From a virus (Duplodnaviria > Heunggongvirae > Uroviricota > Caudoviricetes): a DNA stretch of 64,000 bases. The position numbers were made by a program, and so were the translations under genes. Every line of letters begins with the position of its first letter. Within the stretch, counting starts at the first letter, position 1. The stretch lies in IMG/VR virus record IMGVR_UViG_3300025682_000004; one strand, 5' to 3'. This document shows, piece after piece, positions 1-9,792 of this stretch. The notes under the pieces are model-generated. The model had not been told where the DNA came from, did no database searches, and was given only the letters and a program-made list of their open reading frames with translations.

Positions 1-34
1 AAATCTCACACTACATATACACCCAACCGTTATG
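1..34. repeat. About 33-nt direct repeat, copy 1 (aaatctcacactacatatacacccaaccgttat)
   Basis: Near-identical copy at 779-812 with two mismatches. A partly inverted related segment lies around 668-712. Confidence 0.6.
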
Positions 35-106
35 TGTAAGTGTTCCGTTCATCATTCTAATCAACATTTTGGTTGAAAATTTTAAAATAAAAATCCCACC
101 CACTTT

Positions 107-571
107 TTAATTATTGATAACAATTACTTCATATTCACTTTTCCATATAGCATCAAATCTTTTTCCGCTACTAAAACCAGTCTTTTTAAGAAATGTTGGT
201 ATACAAATTAAAACATTAACATCATTAACATCAATTTCTATGATTTCATCACTTGTTATATTTTTGTTGAATATTTTTTTATACCAACCAATCATTTTGT
301 TTACTCCACGATAATCATATGTGTATGAAACAAATTTGTTTTTAGGTTTACCAATTCTATATAGTATATTATTTGGTGTTTCTTTATACTCTTTTGGTAT
401 GTTTAACTTTAATAATTTTTCACCAATTTCTTGCCTTTTTTCAGTATCATCTAATGAAGATATAATCCAATCAGAAACTAAATCATAAATAATTTTATCA
501 CTATCATATTGAGTATTTTCATTCAAATATTCTCGTATTGTGGTTTTAATAAACTGTTTCAAATCTTTCAT
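107..571 (-). CDS. hypothetical protein
   Basis: 154-aa ORF with no motif I recognise. Confidence 0.4.
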   Translation of the reverse strand: MKDLKQFIKTTIREYLNENTQYDSDKIIYDLVSDWIISSLDDTEKRQEIGEKLLKLNIPKEYKETPNNILYRIGKPKNKFVSYTYDYRGVNKMIGWYKKIFNKNITSDEIIEIDVNDVNVLICIPTFLKKTGFSSGKRFDAIWKSEYEVIVINN

Positions 572-778
572 TGTTTTCTTTTATATATAAATATTAAAAT
601 TTAAAAAATCCACCCCTATTTTTCTTTTAAAATTTTTGTTTAGTTCTCCGATTAAACATTCTACCTTAATAATCCACACCTACACATAACAAGGTGTATA
701 CGTAATGTGAGGTTCGTCTGTTTATTGTACGTTATTTCTTTTAATTTGTTTCATCAGTTAAGTGAAAGTTAGTATTTC

Positions 779-812
779 AAATCTCACACTACATATACAC
801 CCAGCCGTTATA
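779..812. repeat. About 33-nt direct repeat, copy 2
   Basis: Matches 1-34. Together the copies bracket ORF 107-571. Confidence 0.6.
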
Positions 813-819
813 AGTAATT

Positions 820-1035
820 TTATTTTTGTTTTGATTTAATTATATTTATTTGTGTTGTCAATTCTTGTGCTATTTCAAATTCTTCGTACTTAATAAAATA
901 TGGTAGTAAATAAAACTCTAAAATTTCAATTCTTTTATCATCTTCCATACCACCCATTTCAAAATTTGATTTTTTTATTTCTTCATAAGAGTTCCACATT
1001 GATTTGTGAAGTATATCATAATTACTAATTTCCAT
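820..1035 (-). CDS. hypothetical small protein
   Basis: 71-aa ORF. Confidence 0.25.
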   Translation of the reverse strand: MEISNYDILHKSMWNSYEEIKKSNFEMGGMEDDKRIEILEFYLLPYFIKYEEFEIAQELTTQINIIKSKQK

Positions 1036-1097
1036 ATTCTAATATTTTATAAGGTAAAACAAAAATAATACATACTTATAACAACAAATATATTGTA

Positions 1098-1490
1098 TTA
1101 AAACGACAATATATTTGCAACCGGTATTCCATTATCAATATTTAAATTATTCAAAGCAATTAAAATTGCTTTATCAGATAAACCATTATCATACCAATCA
1201 ATTGGGCTTATAATATTACAAGCACCACCCCTTGAAGTATTTTTAAATTCATTTAATAATACTTCAGAAATAAATTTTCCTGTAACACCTTTCTGACATG
1301 CAATTAAAAGTGGCAATTCTTTTGAAATCTTATACATTTTATTAATTTCTTTTCGAATTGCAACAATCTGTTCATCCCTACTATGATAATAAGTCGCACT
1401 ACTCTTACTACCAGATGCAACAGTAAGACCATCAATTAAAGTTTGTTTAATAGTTCCCAACATTTTTTGGGTTAAAACTAAATTTTCCAT
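1098..1490 (-). CDS. hypothetical protein
   Basis: 130-aa ORF with no recognisable motif. Confidence 0.4.
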   Translation of the reverse strand: MENLVLTQKMLGTIKQTLIDGLTVASGSKSSATYYHSRDEQIVAIRKEINKMYKISKELPLLIACQKGVTGKFISEVLLNEFKNTSRGGACNIISPIDWYDNGLSDKAILIALNNLNIDNGIPVANILSF

Positions 1491-1721
1491 AATTAAACCA
1501 ATTTAAAATTATAATATATTTTACGAATGTATTTAAAAAATGTTACAAAAAAAGCAAAAAAAAAGAAGTAACTTGGTTATATTTTTTTGTAAATATATTT
1601 GCACATATTACTGAAAATACATCCAGTTCTTCTTCTATAAAAAAGGGAATAGTTTAGAAATATTTTCTTTTTTTGCAAGTTTAAACTACTTGTGCCTAAA
1701 CCAATTCGGCTAATTATCCAT

Positions 1722-1797
1722 TATGGTAGGATAATATCGGATTCGAACCGATATTTACTGTAAACATTTCTAGTTTTCCCAAACTGCGGGGAGTGTA
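1722..1797 (-). other. tRNA-like fragment or possible tRNA pseudogene (T-arm and 3' acceptor-like region only)
   Basis: ggattcgaacc on the plus strand is the reverse complement of a canonical T-loop (GGTTCGAATCC), flanked by a 5-bp stem. I could not find a matching 5' acceptor strand or anticodon arm. An adjacent hairpin attatcc/ggataat lies at 1713-1735. Confidence 0.25.
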
Positions 1798-1860
1798 GGA
1801 CTCGAACCTACAAATCATTGTATCCAAAACAATTGCATTTTCCTAACTGTAAATACTATT
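1787..1860 (-). tRNA. tRNA-like (anticodon arm consistent with UGG/Pro) with no canonical 5' half found; possibly truncated
   Basis: Minus-strand read has T arm gtagg-ttcgagt-cctac, a 5-nt variable loop, and anticodon arm attgt-tttggat-acaat (loop positions 3-5 are UGG). The 3' acceptor actcccc has its only complement (ggggagt) far away at 1914-1920. Confidence 0.3.
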
Positions 1861-1944
1861 AGTTCTTATATCAAATAAGTAATTGTATAATATTTTTTGT
1901 ATTAATTTTGCTAACTCCCCATTTATATAAAGAACGTTTTTTTG

Positions 1945-2030
1945 TAGCGGTGATGGGAATCGAACCCATTTAAACCCAATAGGGACTCCGTGCTTATGAG
2001 GCAGGCGAGATACCATTTCTCCACACCGCA
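1945..2030 (-). tRNA. tRNA gene, class II-like (long variable arm), apparent anticodon CAU
   Basis: Folded by hand: 6-bp acceptor gcggtg/caccgc with a 1:72 mismatch, D arm gaga-aatggta-tctc, anticodon arm cctgc-ctcataa-gcacg, about 19-nt variable region, T arm atggg-ttcgatt-cccat. The combination of CAU with a long extra arm is unusual, so the assignment is uncertain. Confidence 0.45.
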
Positions 2031-2063
2031 ATTTCAAAAAACAGAAAATTTGTTTGTTATTTT

Positions 2064-2136
2064 TTTACAATGTTGGAATCGAACCAACAATATTTCATAT
2101 TGTGAATGAACACTCTATCCATTGAGTTAATTGTAC
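2064..2136 (-). tRNA. tRNA gene, 73 nt with canonical numbering; loop gives anticodon ACA with C at position 33
   Basis: Hand fold gives acceptor tacaat/attgta, U8, D arm actc-aatggata-gagt, anticodon arm ttcat-tcacaat-atgaa, 5-nt variable loop, T arm gttgg-ttcgatt-ccaac. The odd anticodon loop suggests a non-standard tRNA or pseudogene. Confidence 0.5.
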
Positions 2137-2300
2137 TGTATTAACAACCAGTTTCTGTTTACATATCTTAAAAGAACATATCTTCAATAATCACTGCAAA
2201 GATAAATAAAAAAAATTAAAATGCAAATTTTTAGAAAAATATTATTTGTAGATATAAATACGATAATTTTTATAAAATGTTACAAAATTTAATAAAATTT

Positions 2301-4037
2301 TCATTCTTTTTTTATAACATCTTGATTTTTACGTAATTTTTCTAATAATGATTCTATTTCATCATCATTATTATCAAAATAAATTTTATTATCTACCTTT
2401 AAATTATTAGAATTCGATTCTAAATTTAAGTTATTTTCTATTTCTTTTTCATCCAAATTATTTACATCATCTTTATTTTCATTCGTTTCTTCCCTGTTTT
2501 TTAACAATAAATCATTAATTCTATCAGATTCTTCTTTTTCTTTTAGATTATTTGTAGTGCAAATTGCTTCATGTATTTTCATTGTTGATGATTTTTCTTC
2601 TAACATTTTACTAGCCTTTTCATCAAAAGTTTCTTTATCTTTTTCATTATAATGTTTTAAATTTTTATATGTTTTTGAATATTTATATCTACTATCTTCA
2701 ATTACAATTTGCATTGTGTCGTTATTAAAAATACAATCTTCAAATCTTTGACCATCTTGTGCAAATCTTGCTTTAATAATAAAAATATTTGCTAAATGCG
2801 CTTCTTTTTGTTCATCAGTTTTAGCGACACTCATAAAAAAATGTGATTTTTGAATTCTTTTTATATTACCACCTGATTGATGTGGTTCTATAAATTCTGC
2901 ACCAAAACCAGAACGATTACTTTGAATAGCAGACCAAGCAGGAATATCTAAATCACCAGCAAGTGATTCAAATCCCTTTACAATTATTAATTCTGCATCA
3001 TTTCTATCGTATGCTTTTTTGTGTGGTTCTAAACAATCAAGATAATCAAGAACCAATAAATCAAATTTAAAACCATATTTTTTTTCATAACCAATCATCC
3101 AATTTCGAATATCTAATATTGTTGTATTATCTTGACTAAATCTTTTAATAACTAACTTGCCCTTACCTTTTAATTGTTTTACTTTTTCATATACAACATT
3201 ACTAACTCTTTCGTTTTCATCTTCATCATCCAATTTACTCAATGCTGATTTAGCCCATATTGTATAATGTTTACGTTTTATTTGGTCTTTAGTATCTTCA
3301 AATATTATTTGTGCTACGTTTTTTTCATTTTCATATGCAGTGTTTGCAATAACAGTTAATAAGGTTGTTTTTCCAACACCCGATGGAGATAAAATTAAAC
3401 CAATTTCACCCCTACCCAAACCACCACCACTTAATGCATCAATTACACCAACACCAGTTGGTATTGTTTTTCTAAATTCTTTTCTTAATGCAATATCAAT
3501 TCCTTCAATAACTTCTTCAGAATCATCTTCAGAATCAATCAACGATATTGTTCTTATTTTTTCTTCAATTAAACCAACAACATATTTATTTTTAATATCA
3601 CCCGTTTTTACATTTTCATGAATATAATCTGATAATTTACGATATTCTTGTTGTTTAATAAAAATGTTTGTACTTTTTCTAATAACATCCCCATCATACA
3701 ACATTTGCTTATTAATAATCCTTTCATTCCATAATTCAAGACGTTTAATTATAGAAAACAACGATTCTTCTTCTATTGAATTATTTGGTGTTTTATATGT
3801 ATTTATTGCTTGATAAATGCTTTTATTCTGAAGATTAGGAACTTTTTCAAATTCTTTATAAAATTCTAAAATTATTATAAACAATCTTTTTAAAATTGGG
3901 TCATCAAAATATTCAATTTCTAAATTAAGAATTGTTTTTTCTGCAAATTCTGGTTCAACCAATAATTGCCACATTAATTTTTGTTGAAATTCATATCCCA
4001 AATATGCTGTAAATGTATTTTCTACAACACCATCCAT
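2301..4037 (-). CDS. DnaB-family replicative helicase (T4 gp41-like)
   Basis: RecA-like core: Walker A SPSGVGKTT, Walker B LLVLDYLD, and SAIQSNRSG resembling the DnaB H4 motif (QxNR). The N-terminal domain is divergent. Confidence 0.6.
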   Translation of the reverse strand: MDGVVENTFTAYLGYEFQQKLMWQLLVEPEFAEKTILNLEIEYFDDPILKRLFIIILEFYKEFEKVPNLQNKSIYQAINTYKTPNNSIEEESLFSIIKRLELWNERIINKQMLYDGDVIRKSTNIFIKQQEYRKLSDYIHENVKTGDIKNKYVVGLIEEKIRTISLIDSEDDSEEVIEGIDIALRKEFRKTIPTGVGVIDALSGGGLGRGEIGLILSPSGVGKTTLLTVIANTAYENEKNVAQIIFEDTKDQIKRKHYTIWAKSALSKLDDEDENERVSNVVYEKVKQLKGKGKLVIKRFSQDNTTILDIRNWMIGYEKKYGFKFDLLVLDYLDCLEPHKKAYDRNDAELIIVKGFESLAGDLDIPAWSAIQSNRSGFGAEFIEPHQSGGNIKRIQKSHFFMSVAKTDEQKEAHLANIFIIKARFAQDGQRFEDCIFNNDTMQIVIEDSRYKYSKTYKNLKHYNEKDKETFDEKASKMLEEKSSTMKIHEAICTTNNLKEKEESDRINDLLLKNREETNENKDDVNNLDEKEIENNLNLESNSNNLKVDNKIYFDNNDDEIESLLEKLRKNQDVIKKE

Positions 4038-4056
4038 TTTTTATATAAAATTATTG

Positions 4057-4596
4057 TTAATAAGAATATTGCATATTTATAATATCACACATTTTCATTT
4101 TTTCGAAAATCTGATTTGTAATATCAACAACACATTCAACAATATCAACAGACCATCGAACATCAGGATTAAATCTATCAACATAAAATAATCTTTCTAC
4201 AATTGGATTGTCATTAACATATAACCCAATTTTACATTCAACACCTTTTATGATTTTATCTTCAATATGTAAAATGATTGGTTTTGGTTGATATTTTAAT
4301 TCTTCTCTTTGTTTTTTAGGAAAAGAATTAATTATATGATTATTATAATTTAAAAAATCATAATGTGTTAAATTTTCTGAATTAATACTATCCTTACCTA
4401 CATAATATATATGACTATATTGTTGTTTGGATAATAGTTTTTGTAATCTTGTTATTATTTTTGGTAAAATATCTCTAATATCCACTGAATATCTAACATA
4501 CGGACTAAAAACATTTCCATCAAAAATTTTTTCACATAAAATTATATCACCCTGTGATAAAGAAAATTTAAAAATATTAACATCTTTTTCTTCCAT
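4057..4596 (-). CDS. hypothetical protein
   Basis: 179-aa ORF. Confidence 0.35.
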   Translation of the reverse strand: MEEKDVNIFKFSLSQGDIILCEKIFDGNVFSPYVRYSVDIRDILPKIITRLQKLLSKQQYSHIYYVGKDSINSENLTHYDFLNYNNHIINSFPKKQREELKYQPKPIILHIEDKIIKGVECKIGLYVNDNPIVERLFYVDRFNPDVRWSVDIVECVVDITNQIFEKMKMCDIINMQYSY

Positions 4597-4664
4597 TTTC
4601 GTATAATTTAAAAAGTTTTATTGTATAAAAATATATTATATTTTAATAATAAACAAAAAAAATA

Positions 4665-5708
4665 TTATTTTTTATAATATTCAGTTAATAATTTTTTTTC
4701 ATTCATAATTACAGTATAAAACGGTTCAACGTAATTAGGAAAAGTGCTACCATAAACACTTAAAAAATCATCTTCAATCATCATATTATACAAATTTTTA
4801 CTCCCCCTATTTTCTGGAGATAATGGTACTTCTAATTGTAATAATTCTTCCTTTGCTTTTTCATTAAGTATTGGATTTTTTAAATTAACTAATTTATAAT
4901 TTGTTTTTAATCTATTCACATTGTTCAATAAATTATCCAATGCCTTTATTGGTTTTTTATTTTCTTTTAATCTATTTTCATTAAATTCTTTTGCTTTAAT
5001 ACAAATTTCACGAACAGTCAATTTTTTAAATTTTAATTCTGGAAAATATTTCAATAAACTTTTTTCACCCAATCCATCAATACCTTTTATATTATCTGAA
5101 GCATCGCCACAAATTATTTTATAAACTAAAGCATTTGTATAATGATGACTAAAGTGCATAATATAATTAATTTTATTTATTGGTTGTTCTTTATTTGGAA
5201 ATAAAATTAAAATATTTAAATCTAATAATTGAAGAAAATCTTTGTCATTTGAATATAATAAAATTTCTTCTTTATCATGATATTCAATACAATATTTTGC
5301 AATTAAATCATCACCTTCTATTTCGTCAACTTCTATTTGTCTTAAAAATAATTCTTCTGCATATGCTTGTATTCTTTTTTTCTGTTTTAATATTGATTCT
5401 TCTTTTTCTTTTTCTTTTTTTATTTCAACATCACTCATTTCAATTTTACGATACCATTCTTTGTTTTTTCTATTCGATTTGTAATTACTATCAATTCTAT
5501 GTCTATATATTCCACTATTTTCACCATCCCAAACTAAAACAACTTTATTAATTTTATGTGTTTTTATTAATTTACGAACAGTTGTTAAAAATTGATATAA
5601 TCCACCAATATGTCCAAATTTCACGGTGTAAGTATCTCTTGCACCGTGAAATGAACGTTGTAATAAGTATGATGAATCAACCAATAATGTCCTAATCTTC
5701 ATCTTCAA
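4665..5708 (-). CDS. 5'-3' exonuclease / flap endonuclease (T4 RNase H / T5 D15-like)
   Basis: N-terminal PIN-like region LLVDSSYLLQRSFHG, DKDFLQLL, and the H3TH motif ICGDASDNIKGIDGLGEKS characteristic of FEN and Pol I 5'-nuclease families. Confidence 0.8.
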   Translation of the reverse strand: MKMKIRTLLVDSSYLLQRSFHGARDTYTVKFGHIGGLYQFLTTVRKLIKTHKINKVVLVWDGENSGIYRHRIDSNYKSNRKNKEWYRKIEMSDVEIKKEKEKEESILKQKKRIQAYAEELFLRQIEVDEIEGDDLIAKYCIEYHDKEEILLYSNDKDFLQLLDLNILILFPNKEQPINKINYIMHFSHHYTNALVYKIICGDASDNIKGIDGLGEKSLLKYFPELKFKKLTVREICIKAKEFNENRLKENKKPIKALDNLLNNVNRLKTNYKLVNLKNPILNEKAKEELLQLEVPLSPENRGSKNLYNMMIEDDFLSVYGSTFPNYVEPFYTVIMNEKKLLTEYYKK

Positions 5709-6834
5709 AATCCATATGTTCTACAATATCATCTTCAAATGATATTTTTCCTTCCCCATCAATGTTCTTTGTTGAAAGAACTAAATCATTTTCATTAATA
5801 GAATCATCACCAAAAAGATTTCTAAAATAAAGAATATGTTTTTTCTTGAAATCAGGAATATCATCAGGATGTACAAAACCCAATGGTGTTGAAACAATTC
5901 TACCTTGCATTGATATACCACCCAACGGACCGTCAATATGGTTTTTTGCAACACCAATTTTTGTATCAATACCATATGAAACAACACGTTTTTTACTCTC
6001 AGCAACTGCTGCTTTAGTTCCATGTGTAATAATTCCACCAAAATGATATATTAACCTAGAACCTAAATACCAAGTTTCACCACCTTTATGTTTTACCACA
6101 CCTTTATTCATATTATCAATCCAAATTTTTTGAACTGCTGCTACAGTATTTGTATATTTTCTATTACCCTTTCTACTACTTGGTATTATATTATTTAACA
6201 AATACATAAAAGATTTTTCATATGCACCAGCATTCCACATATTGTTTTGTGTATCGTCTTTTTCTGCTGCATCAATTGTTTTTATACAATTTAATGTACC
6301 AATAGAATCAATTGCAAATAATAAATCGTATGGTAATTCACCAGATTCTTGCATGTCTAAAAAATAATAAAAACATTTTGCTAAATCTTCAATTGATGCT
6401 TCATTTCTATTTTTATTTTGTTTTTTTCCAAATTCAGTCAAAAGATAATCATTATCCACTCTTATATAATTATCAAAATCAAAACCCAACTCACTTAATC
6501 GATAATTACCTTTACCCATATTATTTTCTGTATCTATTAGAATAGGTAAAATTCCCATTTTTTGAGATTCAACTAATGTTTCACAAATTGCTGTTGACTT
6601 TCCTGTATTTGTATGTCCACGAAATAAATTAACATAACCCTTTGCTACACCAGGAAGACCTGTTGCTTTTTTAAAACCTGAAGATAAAGTAATCCATTCT
6701 AATGGTTTATTGGGTACATCTTCAACATTTGCCTTTTTCTTAAAGTTCTCTAAAGAAAATGTTTTTTTGGGTGTTGGTTTTCTTTTATTTCCTTGAATAC
6801 CATCACTATCTAAATTTAAAGAATCGTTTTTCAT
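5692..6834 (-). CDS. RecA/UvsX-like recombination ATPase
   Basis: Walker A GHTNTGKST, and a RecA-style Walker B FAIDSIGTL (compare UvsX VFIDSIGNM). GGETWYLGSRL resembles the RecA L2-region pattern. Confidence 0.5.
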   Translation of the reverse strand: MKNDSLNLDSDGIQGNKRKPTPKKTFSLENFKKKANVEDVPNKPLEWITLSSGFKKATGLPGVAKGYVNLFRGHTNTGKSTAICETLVESQKMGILPILIDTENNMGKGNYRLSELGFDFDNYIRVDNDYLLTEFGKKQNKNRNEASIEDLAKCFYYFLDMQESGELPYDLLFAIDSIGTLNCIKTIDAAEKDDTQNNMWNAGAYEKSFMYLLNNIIPSSRKGNRKYTNTVAAVQKIWIDNMNKGVVKHKGGETWYLGSRLIYHFGGIITHGTKAAVAESKKRVVSYGIDTKIGVAKNHIDGPLGGISMQGRIVSTPLGFVHPDDIPDFKKKHILYFRNLFGDDSINENDLVLSTKNIDGEGKISFEDDIVEHMDFEDED

Positions 6835-6914
6835 TATATATAAATTTTATTAAAATTAAATAAAAAAAAATCCAATTGGTATTTTAATCAACACCAATTG
6901 GATTTAAAAATAAA

Positions 6915-8171
6915 TTAAAATGGTAAATCATCATAATCATCAGAATCCATATCATAATCAGAAAAATCACTTATTTCTGAATCATCATTTGAATCATTCT
7001 CATTCAAATCATCTTCATTTTCCATAACATCACTACCTAAATCAGTAGCATCATCATCATATGTTCCAACATCAGATTCGGTTATATTGCTTATTGTTAC
7101 ACGTGGATATTCAACATCCTCTAAATCAGAAGCATATTCAAAATTATCATCTTCAGTTGAATCTAAATTCATTTTACGTGTATTTGCTAATTCTTCCAAA
7201 TCAGGTCTATTTGGAAATACCCAACGTTTATTTTTTGCATCAGTATCATCCCAATATGGATTAGTACCACTTACAACCATTTCTAAAAATTCAAATGGTG
7301 TTATATTTGGTGCTTTCTTTGGTAAGAAAACATCTCTCCAACTAATATCATCATCAAGCCATTGTTTCATCACAAGAGGGTCTTGTGATAATTTAGATTT
7401 TCCTCTTGCTGTAATTGCTGATATTGCCTTATAAACACGACCATTAAATTCACTATCAGTCATTATAATATTTAAATCAGTTCCATTATATGGGTCTGAA
7501 AAATCTGCTTGATTCATCATCATATAATCTTCTAAAATTGGAAGTAGTTTATCAAGAGTTCCTTGATTTTTATAATTGTGTTTAAATCTCCAAAATTTAA
7601 CACCATCCTTTTCAGCACCTTTATCAATACCACGAATTATATAAAATTTCTTTGCTTCCCATTTAATGGCTTCTTTATATATTTCATCGTTTTTTGCCTT
7701 TATTCTTTTTTGAACATCATTCATTTCCTCTTTCTTAACACCAATTAATGATGGGTCTTGTTGTGATAATAGTTTTTTATACTTTGCACATAGAGGACAT
7801 GGTGCTGGAACTAAAATTGGATTATTGTTTTGGTCTAACATAGGTTTACCATCACTACCAATTTTTGGAACTCTAGGGTCATTGTGTGCAGGACAATAAA
7901 GAATTGTACCATGCTTTTTTACACCACCCGCAATGTTTGTAGTAACAACATGAAAATAGGCTTCTTCAATATGTTTTCTACCTTGTTTTGGTGGTAATAT
8001 TCTAAACGTTTCTTTCGTATTTCTAGGCACAAAATACTTAGCAAGAATATTTTCACGGGATGATGTTTTTTTGTTTGCTTGTGATTGTTTTTTTTGATAG
8101 TCAGCAAACATTTTTTTCAGTTGTGATAAATCACCACCTTGTGGTGATTTTCCTTCAGTTACATTACTCAT
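6915..8171 (-). CDS. ssDNA-binding protein, gp32-like Zn-finger SSB with acidic C-terminal tail
   Basis: CPAH...CPLC matches the gp32 His/Cys Zn site spacing. The last about 60 residues are D/E/S-rich and end in DDLPF, resembling the bacterial SSB tip DDDIPF. Confidence 0.6.
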   Translation of the reverse strand: MSNVTEGKSPQGGDLSQLKKMFADYQKKQSQANKKTSSRENILAKYFVPRNTKETFRILPPKQGRKHIEEAYFHVVTTNIAGGVKKHGTILYCPAHNDPRVPKIGSDGKPMLDQNNNPILVPAPCPLCAKYKKLLSQQDPSLIGVKKEEMNDVQKRIKAKNDEIYKEAIKWEAKKFYIIRGIDKGAEKDGVKFWRFKHNYKNQGTLDKLLPILEDYMMMNQADFSDPYNGTDLNIIMTDSEFNGRVYKAISAITARGKSKLSQDPLVMKQWLDDDISWRDVFLPKKAPNITPFEFLEMVVSGTNPYWDDTDAKNKRWVFPNRPDLEELANTRKMNLDSTEDDNFEYASDLEDVEYPRVTISNITESDVGTYDDDATDLGSDVMENEDDLNENDSNDDSEISDFSDYDMDSDDYDDLPF

Positions 8172-8276
8172 AATTTCAGTTTTTTAAGTTACAGTTATTA
8201 TTTTTACAATTAAAATTAAATTACAATACAAATATATTTCAGTTTTTTCAAATATACAAATAAATTCAACTAATAA

Positions 8277-9692
8277 TTAAAAAAATCCATCATTTACTAT
8301 TTCAAACGATAATGGTTGTTTTATATCAAAATATTCGCCCGATTTTAACTTAATTTGAATATAATAAACTTGTGGTATTAACCACGATGTATCTAAATTA
8401 AAATAATATCCAAATTTGGTTCTATTTACACTAGTAAATGGTATTACATCAATTTCATATCCATCACTAATTTTTATATATACTCTATATTCAATATTTA
8501 ATGGAATAAAATTGTTTTGGTTTGTATACAATTCTTTAACCGATATTTTTATTTTCCTTATATCACCAGATTTTATTTGTTCAGATTCTTTAATTCCCCA
8601 AAAATTAAAATGATAATTTTCTAAATTTAGTTGTGATTCTTCATTAATTATAAAATATTTTTCTGGTGATATCAAATAAAATTTACTATAATAATTACTT
8701 TCAACTCCATTCATTGTTAAATTCCATTCATCTACAAATAAAACACTATCAGGATATTCATTTGAATTTATTTTATATTCAACAAAATAAATTCCATTAC
8801 CAACATTCGTAATTGAATCACCACTAATGGTTTCAATAAAATTATTATTATTATCATATATATTTACATGATTAACAATAATTTCATTATTATTTAAAAT
8901 ACTAATAGAATTTGTATATAAATATAATCTATTTTTTTTATCTAAATAAAAATAATTTCTATCATCTAATATGATATCATCATAAATTGTTTCAACATAC
9001 GGTTCATACCACGTGTTTGTTTTATTTGTATGAAAAGCAACTGCATGTCTAAAATCTGTTTCCAAAGATTCATATAAGTCTAAAAACTTAATCCCTAAAC
9101 CAAAAGAATCACCACTAAAAACAGTATTACCACTATATTCATTTTCAAATAATCTTTGGTTTACATAATCAGTAATATCAATTTCAATATTTTCATTACC
9201 CTTTTCAAATCTTTGATTTCCAATAATTTCAGTATTACCAGTTGAATAAACACCATCTACATTCCAAAATAAATTTGTTTTTCTATTAAACCAATTGGAT
9301 GCATGTTTTGATGATTTATCAGCAAATGTATCATCATATAATAAATCATAACCATTTCCTTCATCCCAATCTTCAGAAAGATTAAAAACTTCCAATTCAA
9401 AACTACTTGCTCTTTCAATCATTTCCGAATATGATTTTTTTCCAACATATTTTAAATCCCTACCAATTGTATTTGTCATGTGTAAAATATGTTTTTTAAT
9501 ATTGTTTTGAATAATAATACCCCTTTCTATTCTTTTTCTTAATAAAGAAAAATCAATATCAAAAATATATCTACTAACACAACCATCATAAGTACCATAT
9601 GATATTTCGGTAACAGGATTTTGAGAATTATTTGTTGTATTATTTGTTATTAAAGTATTTGACTTTTTAAAATAACTTCTAATTCTACTCAT
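8277..9692 (-). CDS. hypothetical protein, possibly virion-associated
   Basis: 471-aa ORF preceded by the TATTTATATTA promoter-like motif (9703-9717 on the opposite strand). Confidence 0.35.
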   Translation of the reverse strand: MSRIRSYFKKSNTLITNNTTNNSQNPVTEISYGTYDGCVSRYIFDIDFSLLRKRIERGIIIQNNIKKHILHMTNTIGRDLKYVGKKSYSEMIERASSFELEVFNLSEDWDEGNGYDLLYDDTFADKSSKHASNWFNRKTNLFWNVDGVYSTGNTEIIGNQRFEKGNENIEIDITDYVNQRLFENEYSGNTVFSGDSFGLGIKFLDLYESLETDFRHAVAFHTNKTNTWYEPYVETIYDDIILDDRNYFYLDKKNRLYLYTNSISILNNNEIIVNHVNIYDNNNNFIETISGDSITNVGNGIYFVEYKINSNEYPDSVLFVDEWNLTMNGVESNYYSKFYLISPEKYFIINEESQLNLENYHFNFWGIKESEQIKSGDIRKIKISVKELYTNQNNFIPLNIEYRVYIKISDGYEIDVIPFTSVNRTKFGYYFNLDTSWLIPQVYYIQIKLKSGEYFDIKQPLSFEIVNDGFF

Positions 9693-9792
9693 AATGATAA
9701 ATTTATTCTAATATAAATAGTAATATTTTCAACAACAACAAAAAAAGACTACAATAAGTAGTCCTTTTTCAAAAAAGAAATATTATTTAAAT

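Noticed and set aside
1843-2037. 64-aa minus-strand ORF
   Set aside because: It overlaps the tRNA genes, where there is no room for a protein gene. It is an artefact of tRNA sequence.
5180-5551. 123-aa plus-strand ORF (also 3340-3621, 4921-5124, 5781-6046, 7087-7434, 12750-12959, 17387-17956, 41395-41697, 43112-43330, 53340-54259 and similar)
   Set aside because: These lie entirely inside longer, motif-supported genes on the other strand. Their low-complexity AT-codon translations are typical of spurious antisense ORFs.
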